Below, in pieces: positions 1-10,655 of a DNA stretch of 64,000 nucleotides (the stretch's first letter is position 1; the number at the start of each line of letters is the position of its first letter). The translations under genes were made by a program, and so were the position numbers. The notes below the pieces were generated by a model. It was not told where the DNA came from and did no database searches. It saw only the letters and a list, made by a program, of their open reading frames with translations. This DNA comes from an uncultured Nitrospinota bacterium. GTDB taxonomy: Bacteria; Tectomicrobia; Entotheonellia; J063; CAVPRW01. The stretch is taken from contig CAVPRW010000028.1 of the NCBI GenBank assembly GCA_963707985.1, positions 1-64,000 of the forward strand, in the 5' to 3' direction.

Positions 1-775
1 AAGGTGTGACGGTGAACAATACGATCACCGATAATAACATCTTCGACAATGGCCGCGACGGGATTGGAGTCTCCGGCGATAAAAACTTGATCGCCACCAA
101 CAGCGTGGGCGACGTGAGAAAGGGCAATGGTGGGAACGGCATCGTTGTGCAGGGCAACCTTAACGTGGTAAACGACCACAACACGATTTTCGCCAATGGC
201 TTCACTAATGGCCTCCCCAATGGCTCTAGCGGGATCGTCGTTACAGGCAATGAAAACACGCTCGAGATCAATACTATCGGCGACACGGATAAGGGCAATG
301 GCGGAGATGGCATCCAGGTGAGCGGCGCGAAAAACCTCCTAAAGGAGAACAAGATTTTCGCCAGCGCCGGCGATGGCATCGAGGTCAGGGGTGGAACCGC
401 CGGGCCCACTCCTAGCTTCCCCGGGGGGCCCAACTGCTCGTCAAGAACTCGATCGGCGACCGTGGCAAGGGCAGCGGCGGCAACGGCATCTTCATCCACG
501 ACGACGTTGGCAATGGCACGCCTGATCCCGTGGAACTGGACAGCAACGTTGTCAAGTCCAGTGGCAAGAACGGTATCCTCATCACTACCGGCGCCACCGG
601 CGCCACCGGCCATGAATTGAAGCGGAACAGCAGTGGCGGCTCGGGAGATGTGGCGAACGGCCTCTGCGCGTTCGACGTGGCGGCCGGCAACTTCAACGCC
701 ACTGGGAACAGCGCGAACGGCAAAGGTGTGAGTGGTGCCGACGGCTCCCCCTTCCCAACGGGATGCCTTAAGTAA
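1..775 (+). CDS. Right-handed parallel beta-helix repeat protein, 3' part (runs off window start; frameshift near 432-440)
   Basis: Repeating N-x-I-x-x-N / GxGxGI-x-V-x-G units in ORF 6..620. The same pattern (LVKNSIGDRGKGSGGNGIFI...) continues in the frame of ORF 530..775 after about 436. Confidence 0.75.
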
Positions 776-1085
776 GTCGGGGTAGCCCATATTTCGGATC
801 ATTAGGATGGGTTACACGAGCCTCAATCGCGGCCCAGTGCCACCGACATGGCGAGTTGAAGCGCCTGCTCGGGCGGCATCTGGGCCGAGAGCAACACCTG
901 GTAGACAACGCCACCAGCATCGTCATGCAGCAATCGGTCGGCCCGGCGGCCGATGCAAGCCGGTACTTCTACGACCTGGTTCAACCCCCGTGTGTGCCGC
1001 CAGACATGGTCTACCGTGATGCCAATGCTTGAGTGGAATGGTAGCGGAAGTTTTAAGCGGGCTCACCAGAAAGGAGGGGCTCGTG

Positions 1086-2084
1086 ATGACACGGGCTGCT
1101 GGAATCTGCCTGGGTATCATCGTTATTCCCCTGGTTCTCACCCTGGGCGCGCATGCAGCAGTACAGGCTCAGGGTTGCGGTCAGACTCTAACCGGCTCTG
1201 TGACTCTCACAGCCGATCTCACGTGCCCCACGAGTCACGGCCTTGTGCTCGGGAATAACGCCACCCTCAACTGTTCCGGCCATACCCTCAAAGGTAGTGA
1301 TCAGCCCGGGCAATATGGCATTTATGTGCGCAATGTGAGTAACGCCACCGTGCGCGACTGCACGGTGGAGCACTTTGAAGTGGGCATCCGCTTGCGCCAG
1401 GCAACGAATAGCACGTTGCAAAACAACGTTGCCCAGCACAACACGGCTTATGGGATCGATATTACGTCTTCCACCGGGGCACTGCTGCAGGGGAACACCA
1501 TCTATAATAACAGCGATGAGGGAATCCATGTATCCGGACCCACCGATAGTGATGCAGCCCATCGCATCGAGGGCAACACCGTCGACGCCAATGCGGCCGA
1601 AGGCATCTATCTGCTCACCTCACAGGCCAACACGCTTACCGGCAACACGATACAAAATCAAGGGGCGGCAGGACTCTATATCAAGGGTTCCAACCGCAAT
1701 ACCATCGACGGCAATACCTTCATCAATGATCCTATCCAACTTGTCGCCAGCTCCCAGCGCAACATCTTCCGGAATAACACGATACGCGGGGAACGCATCA
1801 AATTCGATGGAGCAGCCAACAACGAAGTATACACTATGAGCATCCAAGAGCAGGGCGGCCGGCCAAGCAATGCGTATGAGCTCAACCAGTCCTCCGGTAA
1901 CACCATTGTCGATTCGGAAGCGATCAATCCAGTTGATTACCATATTAGGGTTGCGAACACCTCTAAGAACAATGTCTTCACGCGCTTCTCAGCGGTGCCT
2001 AACCTGCGGTGCTTTGTCGATAGTTCATCCAGCGTGACGATAACCGCCCCCAACGGGACTTCATTAGCGTGTGGCAGTAAGTAA
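1086..2084 (+). CDS. Secreted parallel beta-helix (NosD/CASH-like) repeat protein
   Basis: AAGGAGG RBS at 1071-1077; signal peptide ending AHA; CGQTLTGSVTLTADLTC N-terminal motif; repeated GI-x-L...N-x-I-x-x-N units. Confidence 0.8.
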   Translation: MTRAAGICLGIIVIPLVLTLGAHAAVQAQGCGQTLTGSVTLTADLTCPTSHGLVLGNNATLNCSGHTLKGSDQPGQYGIYVRNVSNATVRDCTVEHFEVGIRLRQATNSTLQNNVAQHNTAYGIDITSSTGALLQGNTIYNNSDEGIHVSGPTDSDAAHRIEGNTVDANAAEGIYLLTSQANTLTGNTIQNQGAAGLYIKGSNRNTIDGNTFINDPIQLVASSQRNIFRNNTIRGERIKFDGAANNEVYTMSIQEQGGRPSNAYELNQSSGNTIVDSEAINPVDYHIRVANTSKNNVFTRFSAVPNLRCFVDSSSSVTITAPNGTSLACGSK

Positions 2085-2223
2085 GGCAGTCACAGCTCTC
2101 CGAAACTTCGATGACCCAACCGTTCGGAAACCTGTTACTGCTCATAGTCGATCGTGGATTCGCTCTGGCGCCCGGACGCCCAGCTAGGGTGGCATCGAAT
2201 GCCATTGGAAAGCAACGGAGGAG

Positions 2224-3390
2224 ATGCGGATGAAGGTAGGGATTATCGGTTGTGGCCAGATTGCGACGACACACATCCCCTATATCCTGGCGCAGCCAGA
2301 CGCCAGGATCGTAGGGCTGGCCGATGCTAGTGAGGGGCAGGCCAGGGAGCTAGCCACTCGCTTCCACATCTCCTCCGTTTATCGAACCGTAGGGGACTTG
2401 CTCGATGCCGAGCGGCCCGACGTGGTGCACATTCTCACCCCTCCGCAAACGCATGCTGCCCTGGCTATCGAGGCCATGGAGGCGGGGTGCCACGTCCTCG
2501 TGGAAAAACCTATGGCCGCCACCCTGGAGGAAGCTGAAGCCATGGAGGCGGTGGCTCGGCGCCGCGGCGTGAAGTTGTGTGTGGATCACAATCACCTGTT
2601 CGACCCCGCCCTCGTACAAGCCAGGACATTGGTGGAGCAGGGAACCATCGGTCAGGTGGTCTGGGTGGAAAGCTTTGAGGGCTTCGATGTTGGCGCTCCA
2701 GACAATCCCTATGTCAAACCTGGCGCCGCCGATCACTGGGTGCACCAGTTGCCAGGCGGGATCTTTCAAAACCTGGCACCACACCCGGCGTATCTCTTGT
2801 TGGCATTTCTTGGGGAGCCCACCAACATACAAGCCGTCGCCCAGAAGACCGGGCGGGTGCCGACCGCCTTCGCGGATGAGCTGCGCGTTCTGGTAAGCTC
2901 TGGGGATGCCCTAGGCTGCTTCATGGTGTCGCTGTCCATCCAGCCCTTCATGAAGTACGTCCATGTCTATGGGACCGAGGCCACCATCTACGTCAACCTC
3001 ACGACCAATAGCCTGATTCTACTGAAGAACCGCCGCTTGCCGAGAGCGCTGGCGCGGGGGATGCGTGGCGTCGAGGAGGGTATACAGCTCCTCGGTAACA
3101 CCGTGGCCAATGTCGTGCGGGTGGCCACGGGACGCCTGCGGTCCTACCCAGGCATGGGCGTGCTGATCACGGAGTTCTACCGCAGTATCGTTACTGACGG
3201 TGCCCCCCCCGTGGATAGCGTGGCAGGCCGCGAGGTGGTTCGGGTCCTCGACCTCGTCTGGGAGCAGATCGGCCAATGGCAGCCATGGTGCCCATCAGCG
3301 ACGCCGACGGCTATGAATACGGGTAACTGTTCCCCACAGGCTGTCTCTGTCACAGCGGGGAATGCTACGATGGAGCCATCTCATGGGTAA
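2224..3390 (+). CDS. Gfo/Idh/MocA family oxidoreductase
   Basis: GIIGCGQIA Rossmann motif, DVVHILTPPQTH, HVLVEKPMA. Confidence 0.92.
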   Translation: MRMKVGIIGCGQIATTHIPYILAQPDARIVGLADASEGQARELATRFHISSVYRTVGDLLDAERPDVVHILTPPQTHAALAIEAMEAGCHVLVEKPMAATLEEAEAMEAVARRRGVKLCVDHNHLFDPALVQARTLVEQGTIGQVVWVESFEGFDVGAPDNPYVKPGAADHWVHQLPGGIFQNLAPHPAYLLLAFLGEPTNIQAVAQKTGRVPTAFADELRVLVSSGDALGCFMVSLSIQPFMKYVHVYGTEATIYVNLTTNSLILLKNRRLPRALARGMRGVEEGIQLLGNTVANVVRVATGRLRSYPGMGVLITEFYRSIVTDGAPPVDSVAGREVVRVLDLVWEQIGQWQPWCPSATPTAMNTGNCSPQAVSVTAGNATMEPSHG

Positions 3391-3508
3391 CGCTGAGGAG
3401 AGAAGGCTTTGCGAAGACTCATCAAGGTAAACTTTCTGCTCCTGTACGCCGTATTGCAATTTTCAGATCAGCGTATGGCAATCTAAGAACCGCGAGCGCT
3501 CTCCCTGG

Positions 3509-3541
3509 CCCTCACCCCGCCCTCTCCCGGAGGGAGAGGGG
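3509..3541 (+). repeat. REP-like palindromic element (CCCTCACCCCGCCCTCTCCCGGAGGGAGAGGGG)
   Basis: Intergenic CCCTCTCCC-GGA-GGGAGAGGG hairpin preceded by CCCTCACCCC; related copies at 51824-51925. Confidence 0.7.
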
Positions 3542-3665
3542 GCATAGGCATACAACGAAAGTACTATAGACGGACAATAGCCGGCCTTTTACAATCGCAC
3601 CAATTCTCCACTGAAAGGCACGCGTGTGTCTTCGATTATAGCGGAGGAAAATTCTCATCTCTCCC

Positions 3666-3920
3666 TTGGCGAGTTATTGGCGCGCGCTCGAGAACATCAA
3701 GACGCGTTATGGTCAATCGGTATTGATTGTACTTGGGCATTGGGATGTTGACAGAGATAGACCAGGCGAGGTGACATACTCAAGGGGATTTGGCCGTTAT
3801 AACTCGGTCTTCTCGTGGAATACTGGTGAGGTCGAAGATTTTGACGGATCGACGATACTTGTTAGGGAATTTAATGCCGCTTATACCGGCGAAAACTATA
3901 GGGTCTATGCCATCAGGTAA
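3666..3920 (+). pseudogene. Probable C-terminal remnant of an unidentified gene
   Basis: Protein-like 84-aa ORF with TTG start and no RBS, ending just before the next gene; lower GC. Confidence 0.3.
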
Positions 3921-3962
3921 AGTGCAACGATTGCACGGACCAACAGGAGGAAGTGATTCTCT

Positions 3963-5501
3963 ATGAGAAGGGGCAAAAATATTGTCATTGTTCTGCTTGC
4001 CCTGTTCAGTGGGGTTCAACTCATCGGATTTCTTGGACTGTCTGTATGGACCGCTCTCGATCCACGTCTCTCATACGCAACGGTGACAGACTATATCCTG
4101 GCCAAATCTCTCCCTCTATTTTTCGTTAGCCATAACAGACGCGCCATGTGGCACCCTCAAGTGGAGGACCAGCAGGTCTGGGGCTATATTGATAGGCATA
4201 GCATCGTCCCCGGGGAAGGCTTCAACATCATGCTATCGACAGGCCCAGCTCTGAAGGCTACGTCGGGCAATGTGGAAATCTTTCGGGTGGGCTGTTATGG
4301 CGACGAGGATCGGGAATTGCGATGGAGAAGTGACACCCTTGCCATCACGGCCCAACCCGTCCCCAGTTCCTCGCCCGCTACTGGGCCGAATTGGCCGGTA
4401 TCGGTCGCGCATGTGCCGACCGCAGACTGGACGTCTGGCTATTACGCCGTGGACTTTGTGCCCCACGAGGGGAAAAGAGAACGAGACGTTGCCTTTATCG
4501 TGGTGACTAACCCCCTCTTTACAGGAGATATCTTGGTCAAGCTCAGTACCAATACATATCAGGCCTATAACCAATGGGGGGGCCACAGCTTTTATCGAGG
4601 CGACTTCACCGACCGGCGAGGTGATATGATCTCCTTTGATCGGCCGACGCCGCCTGATTTCTATCAATGGGAATACTACTTCGTGATCTGGGCAGAGAGA
4701 CTGGCGAACGAGCTCGGGCTCACAATCGACTACGCGACGGATTTTGATGTGCATCGTGATCAGCGGTTTACAGAACACTATCAGATTTTCATATCGGTTG
4801 GCCACGATGAATATTGGTCGAAAGAGGAGTTCGAGCACATCTATGATCGGATCTTTCGATTAGGGAAAAATACCATCTTCTTCGGTGGCAACACCGCTTT
4901 CTGGCAGGTGCGCTATGCTGATGTCAATAATGCTATAAACTTGCCAATGCGAGGACGGCAGCTGATCTGCTATAAATCCATGGATGATCCGATTCGCTTT
5001 GCCGTGAATGGCGATCCTCGGCCACTGTTGACCGCCAAGTTCAGAGACGTCGGGCGACCTCAAACCATGCTCATGGGAGTAGGTTCCACTAGCTGGTTTC
5101 CATCCACGCCCACGCTGAAGTATCCATACTTCGTTGAAACTCTCAGCTTGCCCTTTTTTGAGGGTTCGGGATACCAAAAAGGGGATTTTGTTGCCGATAT
5201 TGTGGGTTATGAATGGGACAATACCGATCCGGAAGGGGACGGGAAGAGACTGTGGGCCGCCGAGACGTCTACCATTCCTGAAATTCCGAGAGCCGCCATC
5301 CAAGTAGTATTTTCCGGGGAGCCCATCAATTTCAGGGGTCAGAAGGGGAAAGCCGAGGCGGTCTACTTTGTTTCGGAGGCGGGGGCTAAGGTGTTCAGTG
5401 CAGGCACGATCCGCTGGCCGTGGGGATTAGGGAAGCCCGGCTTTGAACAAGAGAAGTTCAAGCGATTCAATCGAAATTTACTCACCTATCTTATGGAATA
5501 G
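3963..5501 (+). CDS. Membrane-anchored N,N-dimethylformamidase beta-subunit-like domain protein
   Basis: N-terminal TM helix; TNTYQAYNQWGGHSFY, SFDRP, SVGHDEYWS, FFGGNTAFWQVR, VGYEWD and GAKVFSAGTIRWPWGL motifs. Confidence 0.8.
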   Translation: MRRGKNIVIVLLALFSGVQLIGFLGLSVWTALDPRLSYATVTDYILAKSLPLFFVSHNRRAMWHPQVEDQQVWGYIDRHSIVPGEGFNIMLSTGPALKATSGNVEIFRVGCYGDEDRELRWRSDTLAITAQPVPSSSPATGPNWPVSVAHVPTADWTSGYYAVDFVPHEGKRERDVAFIVVTNPLFTGDILVKLSTNTYQAYNQWGGHSFYRGDFTDRRGDMISFDRPTPPDFYQWEYYFVIWAERLANELGLTIDYATDFDVHRDQRFTEHYQIFISVGHDEYWSKEEFEHIYDRIFRLGKNTIFFGGNTAFWQVRYADVNNAINLPMRGRQLICYKSMDDPIRFAVNGDPRPLLTAKFRDVGRPQTMLMGVGSTSWFPSTPTLKYPYFVETLSLPFFEGSGYQKGDFVADIVGYEWDNTDPEGDGKRLWAAETSTIPEIPRAAIQVVFSGEPINFRGQKGKAEAVYFVSEAGAKVFSAGTIRWPWGLGKPGFEQEKFKRFNRNLLTYLME

Positions 5502-5700
5502 CGTTTGTCCTGTGAGACGATGGTTGCCCCGCAGATGAGGACCAGGGTCCAAACTTTGTCACGGCCAGACTCGTCACATCGCGGCGGCTTTTCAGGTTGG
5601 GGCGGTAAGTCGTATACCGGGTCATGGTCCATATTTCCCTTCATCTTAAGGGGAGCACCTCAGCTATGAATATCTGCATGAACGTAGAGGGACGCCAGCA

Positions 5701-6693
5701 ATGAAGGCGTTGGTAACTGGAGGAACGGGCTTTCTCGGGCGTCACCTGGTGCAGCGGCTCCTGCATGAGGGTGAAGAGGTCGCGGTCCTCGCCCGTACTT
5801 CTCAAACCGCTGCCCATCTTCACAGCCTTGGAGCGCGTGCTGTCGTGGGAGATACACGACGGTGGTCATCACTCCGGCAGGCAGTACAGGGTGTGGACGT
5901 CGTCTTCCACTGTGCCGGCAAGGTCGAACCGACGGGGCGCTGGGTCGATTTTCTGGAAGTGAATGTCCTCGGCACGGAGCGCATGATCCAAGCTGCTCTG
6001 GAACACGGCGTGCCACGGATCATTCATGTCAGCTCCATTGGTATCTACGGCCCGCAGCCGACAGGGGTGATCATTTCGGAAGACGAGGGCTACGATCCAC
6101 ACCCCGGCGCCCGCGGCTTCTATACCCGCTCCAAGATCGAAGCCGATCGCATCGCCCTGTGGTATGCGCATGAGCGTGCCGCGCCCGTCACGGTGATCCG
6201 CCCTGCCACCATCTACGGCCCAGGGGGCAAGGAGAATCTGGTGCGAGCTGGGGTGAGGCTCGGGCGGCTGAACCTCGCCTTCGGAGACGGTAGCAATCTT
6301 CTCCCTCTCGTCTACGTGGACAACGTCGTGGATGCCCTGATACTGGCAGCCAAGAGCGCCACGGCCGCCGGCCGAGCATACAATATCGTCGACGATGACG
6401 AGATCAGCCAACGCATGTATGTCGAGCACATGGGCCAGGCGTTGGGGGTGCGACAGTCCACCATTTACCTGCCCTTGCCGGCGGTCCGGTTGCTGGCTGG
6501 CGGGGCAGACCTGGGGAGGGCGGCGCTGCGAGGTCGGCGGAGTCCGCCGGGACTCTTTCATCGGATCAGCCGCAGCTTGCAAAGGGTCCGGTACGACACA
6601 TTATGTGCCAAGCGGGACCTGAAATGGCGCCCCCGGGTACGCTTCGAGCAGGCCTTGAAGTGCATACGGGATGCCGCCCCGAGCCAATCCTGA
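5701..6693 (+). CDS. NAD-dependent epimerase/dehydratase (extended SDR)
   Basis: VTGGTGFLG, HVSS, YxxSK (YTRSK), RPATIYGPG. Confidence 0.92.
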   Translation: MKALVTGGTGFLGRHLVQRLLHEGEEVAVLARTSQTAAHLHSLGARAVVGDTRRWSSLRQAVQGVDVVFHCAGKVEPTGRWVDFLEVNVLGTERMIQAALEHGVPRIIHVSSIGIYGPQPTGVIISEDEGYDPHPGARGFYTRSKIEADRIALWYAHERAAPVTVIRPATIYGPGGKENLVRAGVRLGRLNLAFGDGSNLLPLVYVDNVVDALILAAKSATAAGRAYNIVDDDEISQRMYVEHMGQALGVRQSTIYLPLPAVRLLAGGADLGRAALRGRRSPPGLFHRISRSLQRVRYDTLCAKRDLKWRPRVRFEQALKCIRDAAPSQS

Positions 6694-6953
6694 ACGCTCA
6701 TCGTCTCTGGGAAATCCGCCGCCGATATCCTCTCCCTCTTGCCCTCGCACACTACCCATCTTACCTCACCAGTCCCAGAGTGGTCTTACAGACCACCGCT
6801 GCAGCTTCCGGCAGCAGCTGGAAGCTCAACATTTGGCAATAAGGAAGAAACTATTGAGTTTTGCATAACCATTCGAAAGTGACTCCTCTAGACGCCTGAT
6901 TGCACGCCAGATACGGGACGTTCGTTCTTTCGATTCGTAGAGCAAAGCTCAAT

Positions 6954-8791
6954 ATGAATAGCCATATATCAGCTCTCATACAGACTCTGATAGTCTATCT
7001 AGTCATAGGCGCCGCATATTATGGGTGGGGCAAAGCGGCAGCACGAGTTCTGGGAATCGGCGAGCAAACGAGTCTCTCTGGCATCGCACTTATTTGGCTG
7101 GGGTGGGCGTCCACACTGTTTATCTTCCAGCTAGCACATTTTTTCTTCCCCTTAACGGCTTACGTTGTCATACCCGTCTTTATGATAGGAGCAGCGTGCT
7201 CTATCCCTCAACTAGCCTTTGCATTTCATGACTTTCCTCGGACAGCGCTCTTCTCTGAGGAGGGTAACTATCATTGTCCTTATCATGCTTGCTGTCGCGG
7301 GTTGGATTACCTCACGGTCGATGAATTCTCCTATAAATTACGATTCTGGTTTATATTATTTCAATGCAATTCGCTGGATTAACTCCTTTCCCATTATTCC
7401 AGGACTCGCAAATATCCATGGACGTCTGGGATTCAATCAGTCATTCTTTATCTATGTTGCATCGCTCAACTTTTACCCTATTTTTGACCATGGACGGTCA
7501 TTAGCTAATAGTTTTCTATTACTGCTTTCAATCGTATCATTTTCTCACCTTTTGTGGCCAGCACTTAAACGACCATCGGTTCTCGCAGCATCTCATCCCT
7601 TCAAATATTCTTCTGTCCTCTTCGCATTCCCAATATTGGGAGCCCTTGCGCTTACCTCAAACGGTCTTGCGTCTCCGATGCCTGATTTGGCATCTACTCT
7701 TCTACAACTTATGATGTTTGTCTGGCTGGCTCAGGGTATCGCGGAGGTGATGAATGGAGAGGGATCAGCAGGATCATAGAGCTACAATTCTTGCAATATT
7801 GGCAGCAACCGCGATAACTATCAAGCTCAGCAATCTCGCTTTTTCGGCTGCCATCGTGAGTGTATGTCTAGCAGTCTCATGGCGAACTTCCGGCTGTCGT
7901 ATTCGAGGCATCCTTCGCATACTTGTGCCTGCTTCGATGGTAATTTTGGTTTGGACCGTGAGAGGTTTTATTCTGTCCGGATATCCTCTGTATCCGTCCA
8001 CGATTGGACATGTGTCCGTAGACTGGGCCGTACCCAGTGAGAAAGTCTTGGAAGAGGCAAACTGGATCTACAGCTGGGCACGACAACCCAATACCCACTG
8101 GAGCAATGTCTTGGATAGCTGGGAGTGGTTCGGACCTTGGAGCAGTCGGATACTCAGCAGAAACCTTCTACGTGTAGTGTATCCCTCAGTTCTAGCAGTG
8201 GTCTTCTGCCTCATCGCCGGGATATGCTACTGGTTATCGCTTGTAAAGAAGACAACCGGCCTTCGATACCTCGATTGGCTCATTCTACCTCCTGTAGTGA
8301 TTGGTCTTATTTACTGGTTTTTCACAGCCCCGGACCCACGATTTGCTAATGCACTGTTCTGGTGTCTTTCCCTCGGCTCGGCACTCCTGTTCCTCTGCTC
8401 CGTTCGACCGTTGCTGAAGAAGCATTCGTTCGTGGTCGTTATGTCTGTTGTTTTCATAATAGCCAATCTTGATTCTATCCATACTACAGTTGAGAGACGC
8501 TACAGAATTAAGGAGGTCTCGTCTTCTGCATGGCGCCCCATCAAGACTGTACCATTGATCCAGAAGAAAACGCTCTCTGGCATGGTTATTCTCACCCCTG
8601 AATCAGGTGAGCAATGTTGGGACTCTCCTTTACCTTGCACACCAGACTTCAATCTCAACCTCCGCTTGCGAATCCCACCAAATCTTCTGTCAGGGTATAC
8701 TGTAGAAATACCTCAGAAGGATGCCGGACAAGGTGCCGTGCTGCCTAGGATACCTCTACGCTTTATCCTCACCAGAATGCTTGATCACTAA
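6954..8791 (+). pseudogene. Multi-TM membrane protein (LIC_10190-like / GT-C-like), split by two frameshifts near 7220-7260 and 7755
   Basis: Three overlapping hydrophobic ORFs (6900..7382, 7219..7779, 7754..8791) carry consecutive motifs NYDSGLYY...PGLANIHGRLGFN, SPMPD, TIKLS, SGYPLYP, WFFTAPDPRF and CWDSPLPCTP. Confidence 0.65.
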
Positions 8792-9020
8792 ATCGGTCCA
8801 CATGAGATTCATACGCTCAGGATTTCCCAGAGATCGGTCTGACTGGGGGGGCCGTTCATGTGTACCAATGTCGTGTGGTTCGATTGAGATCGAAGATGGC
8901 TCCGACAACGTGTTGCTAAGACGATTATCGATATCGTAGACCCTTAATCCGTCTCATCCCTTTGACACTATGACCTGCTGGAAGACTCTCTCCCATTACC
9001 AGCTGAACGCTGAATAGCAG

Positions 9021-10586
9021 ATGCCCTACACGAAGATCGGCTCTATGCTCGCACTGTTTTTCTTTGCCACGCTCTCCATCCTCGCTTTGGACAGCGATAT
9101 CAAGGTAGAGCACGACAGCGGCGTCTATATAGCCCTTGGAAAGTCGCTCGCGACCGGCCAGGGCTACAGCACGATATTCCTCGACGCGCATCCACCCCAC
9201 ACCAAATATCCTCCCGTGTTTCCCGCCTTGCTGGCCCCCCTGATCGGCCTCATCGGTTTTCATGTTCTCGCCATGAAGTTGCTCATGGTGGTCCTGGCCA
9301 TGCTCACCTTGTACCTGCTCTATGTCTTCTTTACCGATCTGGCCGACGATCTGATGGGTTTCCTGGTGGTCACCTTCACCGCAACTTCGCATGGCATGCT
9401 ATTTTATTCCCAATCCATCATGGCGGAGATCCCTTACCTTTGTTTTTCGCTCCTGGCCCTGCTCTGGGTCCATCGCTGTTCGCGGCAAGAAGTATGGTCG
9501 AGGAAAGCCGTGGCCAGTGCCGTAGCCCTGATCTCGCTGAGTTACCTCACGCGGCTCATCGGCCTCTCCCTGCTCTTGGCAACCGTCGTATATCTCGTCT
9601 GTGACAGCTCAGGAAGGCCTGAAGTCAGGATGAGGAGGGCGATAACGATAGGTGGCCTGGCGGCGATATCCGCCATCATCTGGTTTTTCCGCAATTGGTG
9701 GCTCGGTGAAAGCGGTGGGACCGCTTACGCGTCGGATTTTCACCTGAAAACGGTGTATGCTTCTCCCTCCGTCATCGACGGCATCGTGGCGTTTTGGGCG
9801 GGGGTCAGGACCAACCCTGCGGAATATGCGTTGCATGCCGCCAAGGTCGTTTTCTTCTATTATCCCTGGATTTCAAGGACGGTCCTACCGCTACTGTTGG
9901 CGCTAGTGATCTTCGGCGGGTTTCTCTGGCGTGCGGTCCGACAGCGCACCGTTGTGGAATACTATATATTTTTTTACATGTGCATGCTGCTGCTCCTGCC
10001 AGTGGACCACCCGCAACGCTATCTCGTCCCCCTCATCCCGTTCATCTGGTATTACTTCTTCACCGCTACTGGCCATTGCCTGGCTTGGCTCCGCGGCCAC
10101 GTCCTCATGGGCAAATCGGGTTATCAACGCGGAGTCGTATTGGCCACGGTACTGCTGGCGCTGTCGCTTCTTGTCGCCAATGCGACCATGGCCGTTAGGG
10201 CCAATGTCATCGACCATGGGCGCGAAGGCTATTACCATGTCGTGGGTGAGGACAAGTACGTGAGTATAGTGCCGTGGGTGAAGGCCAATACCTCACCGGA
10301 GAGTGTATTCATGTGGGCCAAGCCCGGCCTGCGTTTTCTCTGGACCGAGCGCAAGGCGGTCGACTATCCCCGTACACACCGCGCCGAGGACGTGCTTTCC
10401 TCCATCCGTCAGCAGCATGTCGGCTACGTCGTTGTCGATGCCTTTTCCGACGTGACCCAGCGACACCTCCGCCCTGTCGTACAGAAATATCCCGAGTACT
10501 TCAGCCTGGTGTATAAGGACGATGTCAGCGAGGTGTACCGAGTCCTCACACCCGACCTCAACGTCAGACCGCCTTCTGGTGGCTAG
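9021..10586 (+). CDS. ArnT/PMT-like (GT-C fold) membrane glycosyltransferase
   Basis: DSGVYIALGKSLATGQGY, YPPVFPALLA, MAEIPY, RYLVPLIP; many TM segments. Confidence 0.82.
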   Translation: MPYTKIGSMLALFFFATLSILALDSDIKVEHDSGVYIALGKSLATGQGYSTIFLDAHPPHTKYPPVFPALLAPLIGLIGFHVLAMKLLMVVLAMLTLYLLYVFFTDLADDLMGFLVVTFTATSHGMLFYSQSIMAEIPYLCFSLLALLWVHRCSRQEVWSRKAVASAVALISLSYLTRLIGLSLLLATVVYLVCDSSGRPEVRMRRAITIGGLAAISAIIWFFRNWWLGESGGTAYASDFHLKTVYASPSVIDGIVAFWAGVRTNPAEYALHAAKVVFFYYPWISRTVLPLLLALVIFGGFLWRAVRQRTVVEYYIFFYMCMLLLLPVDHPQRYLVPLIPFIWYYFFTATGHCLAWLRGHVLMGKSGYQRGVVLATVLLALSLLVANATMAVRANVIDHGREGYYHVVGEDKYVSIVPWVKANTSPESVFMWAKPGLRFLWTERKAVDYPRTHRAEDVLSSIRQQHVGYVVVDAFSDVTQRHLRPVVQKYPEYFSLVYKDDVSEVYRVLTPDLNVRPPSGG

Positions 10587-10655
10587 CACTGTCGCGTGTC
10601 ATTGAACGGCACGCCATTCAGCGAACGATACTCCCTCGCCTGATGAACAGGACTG

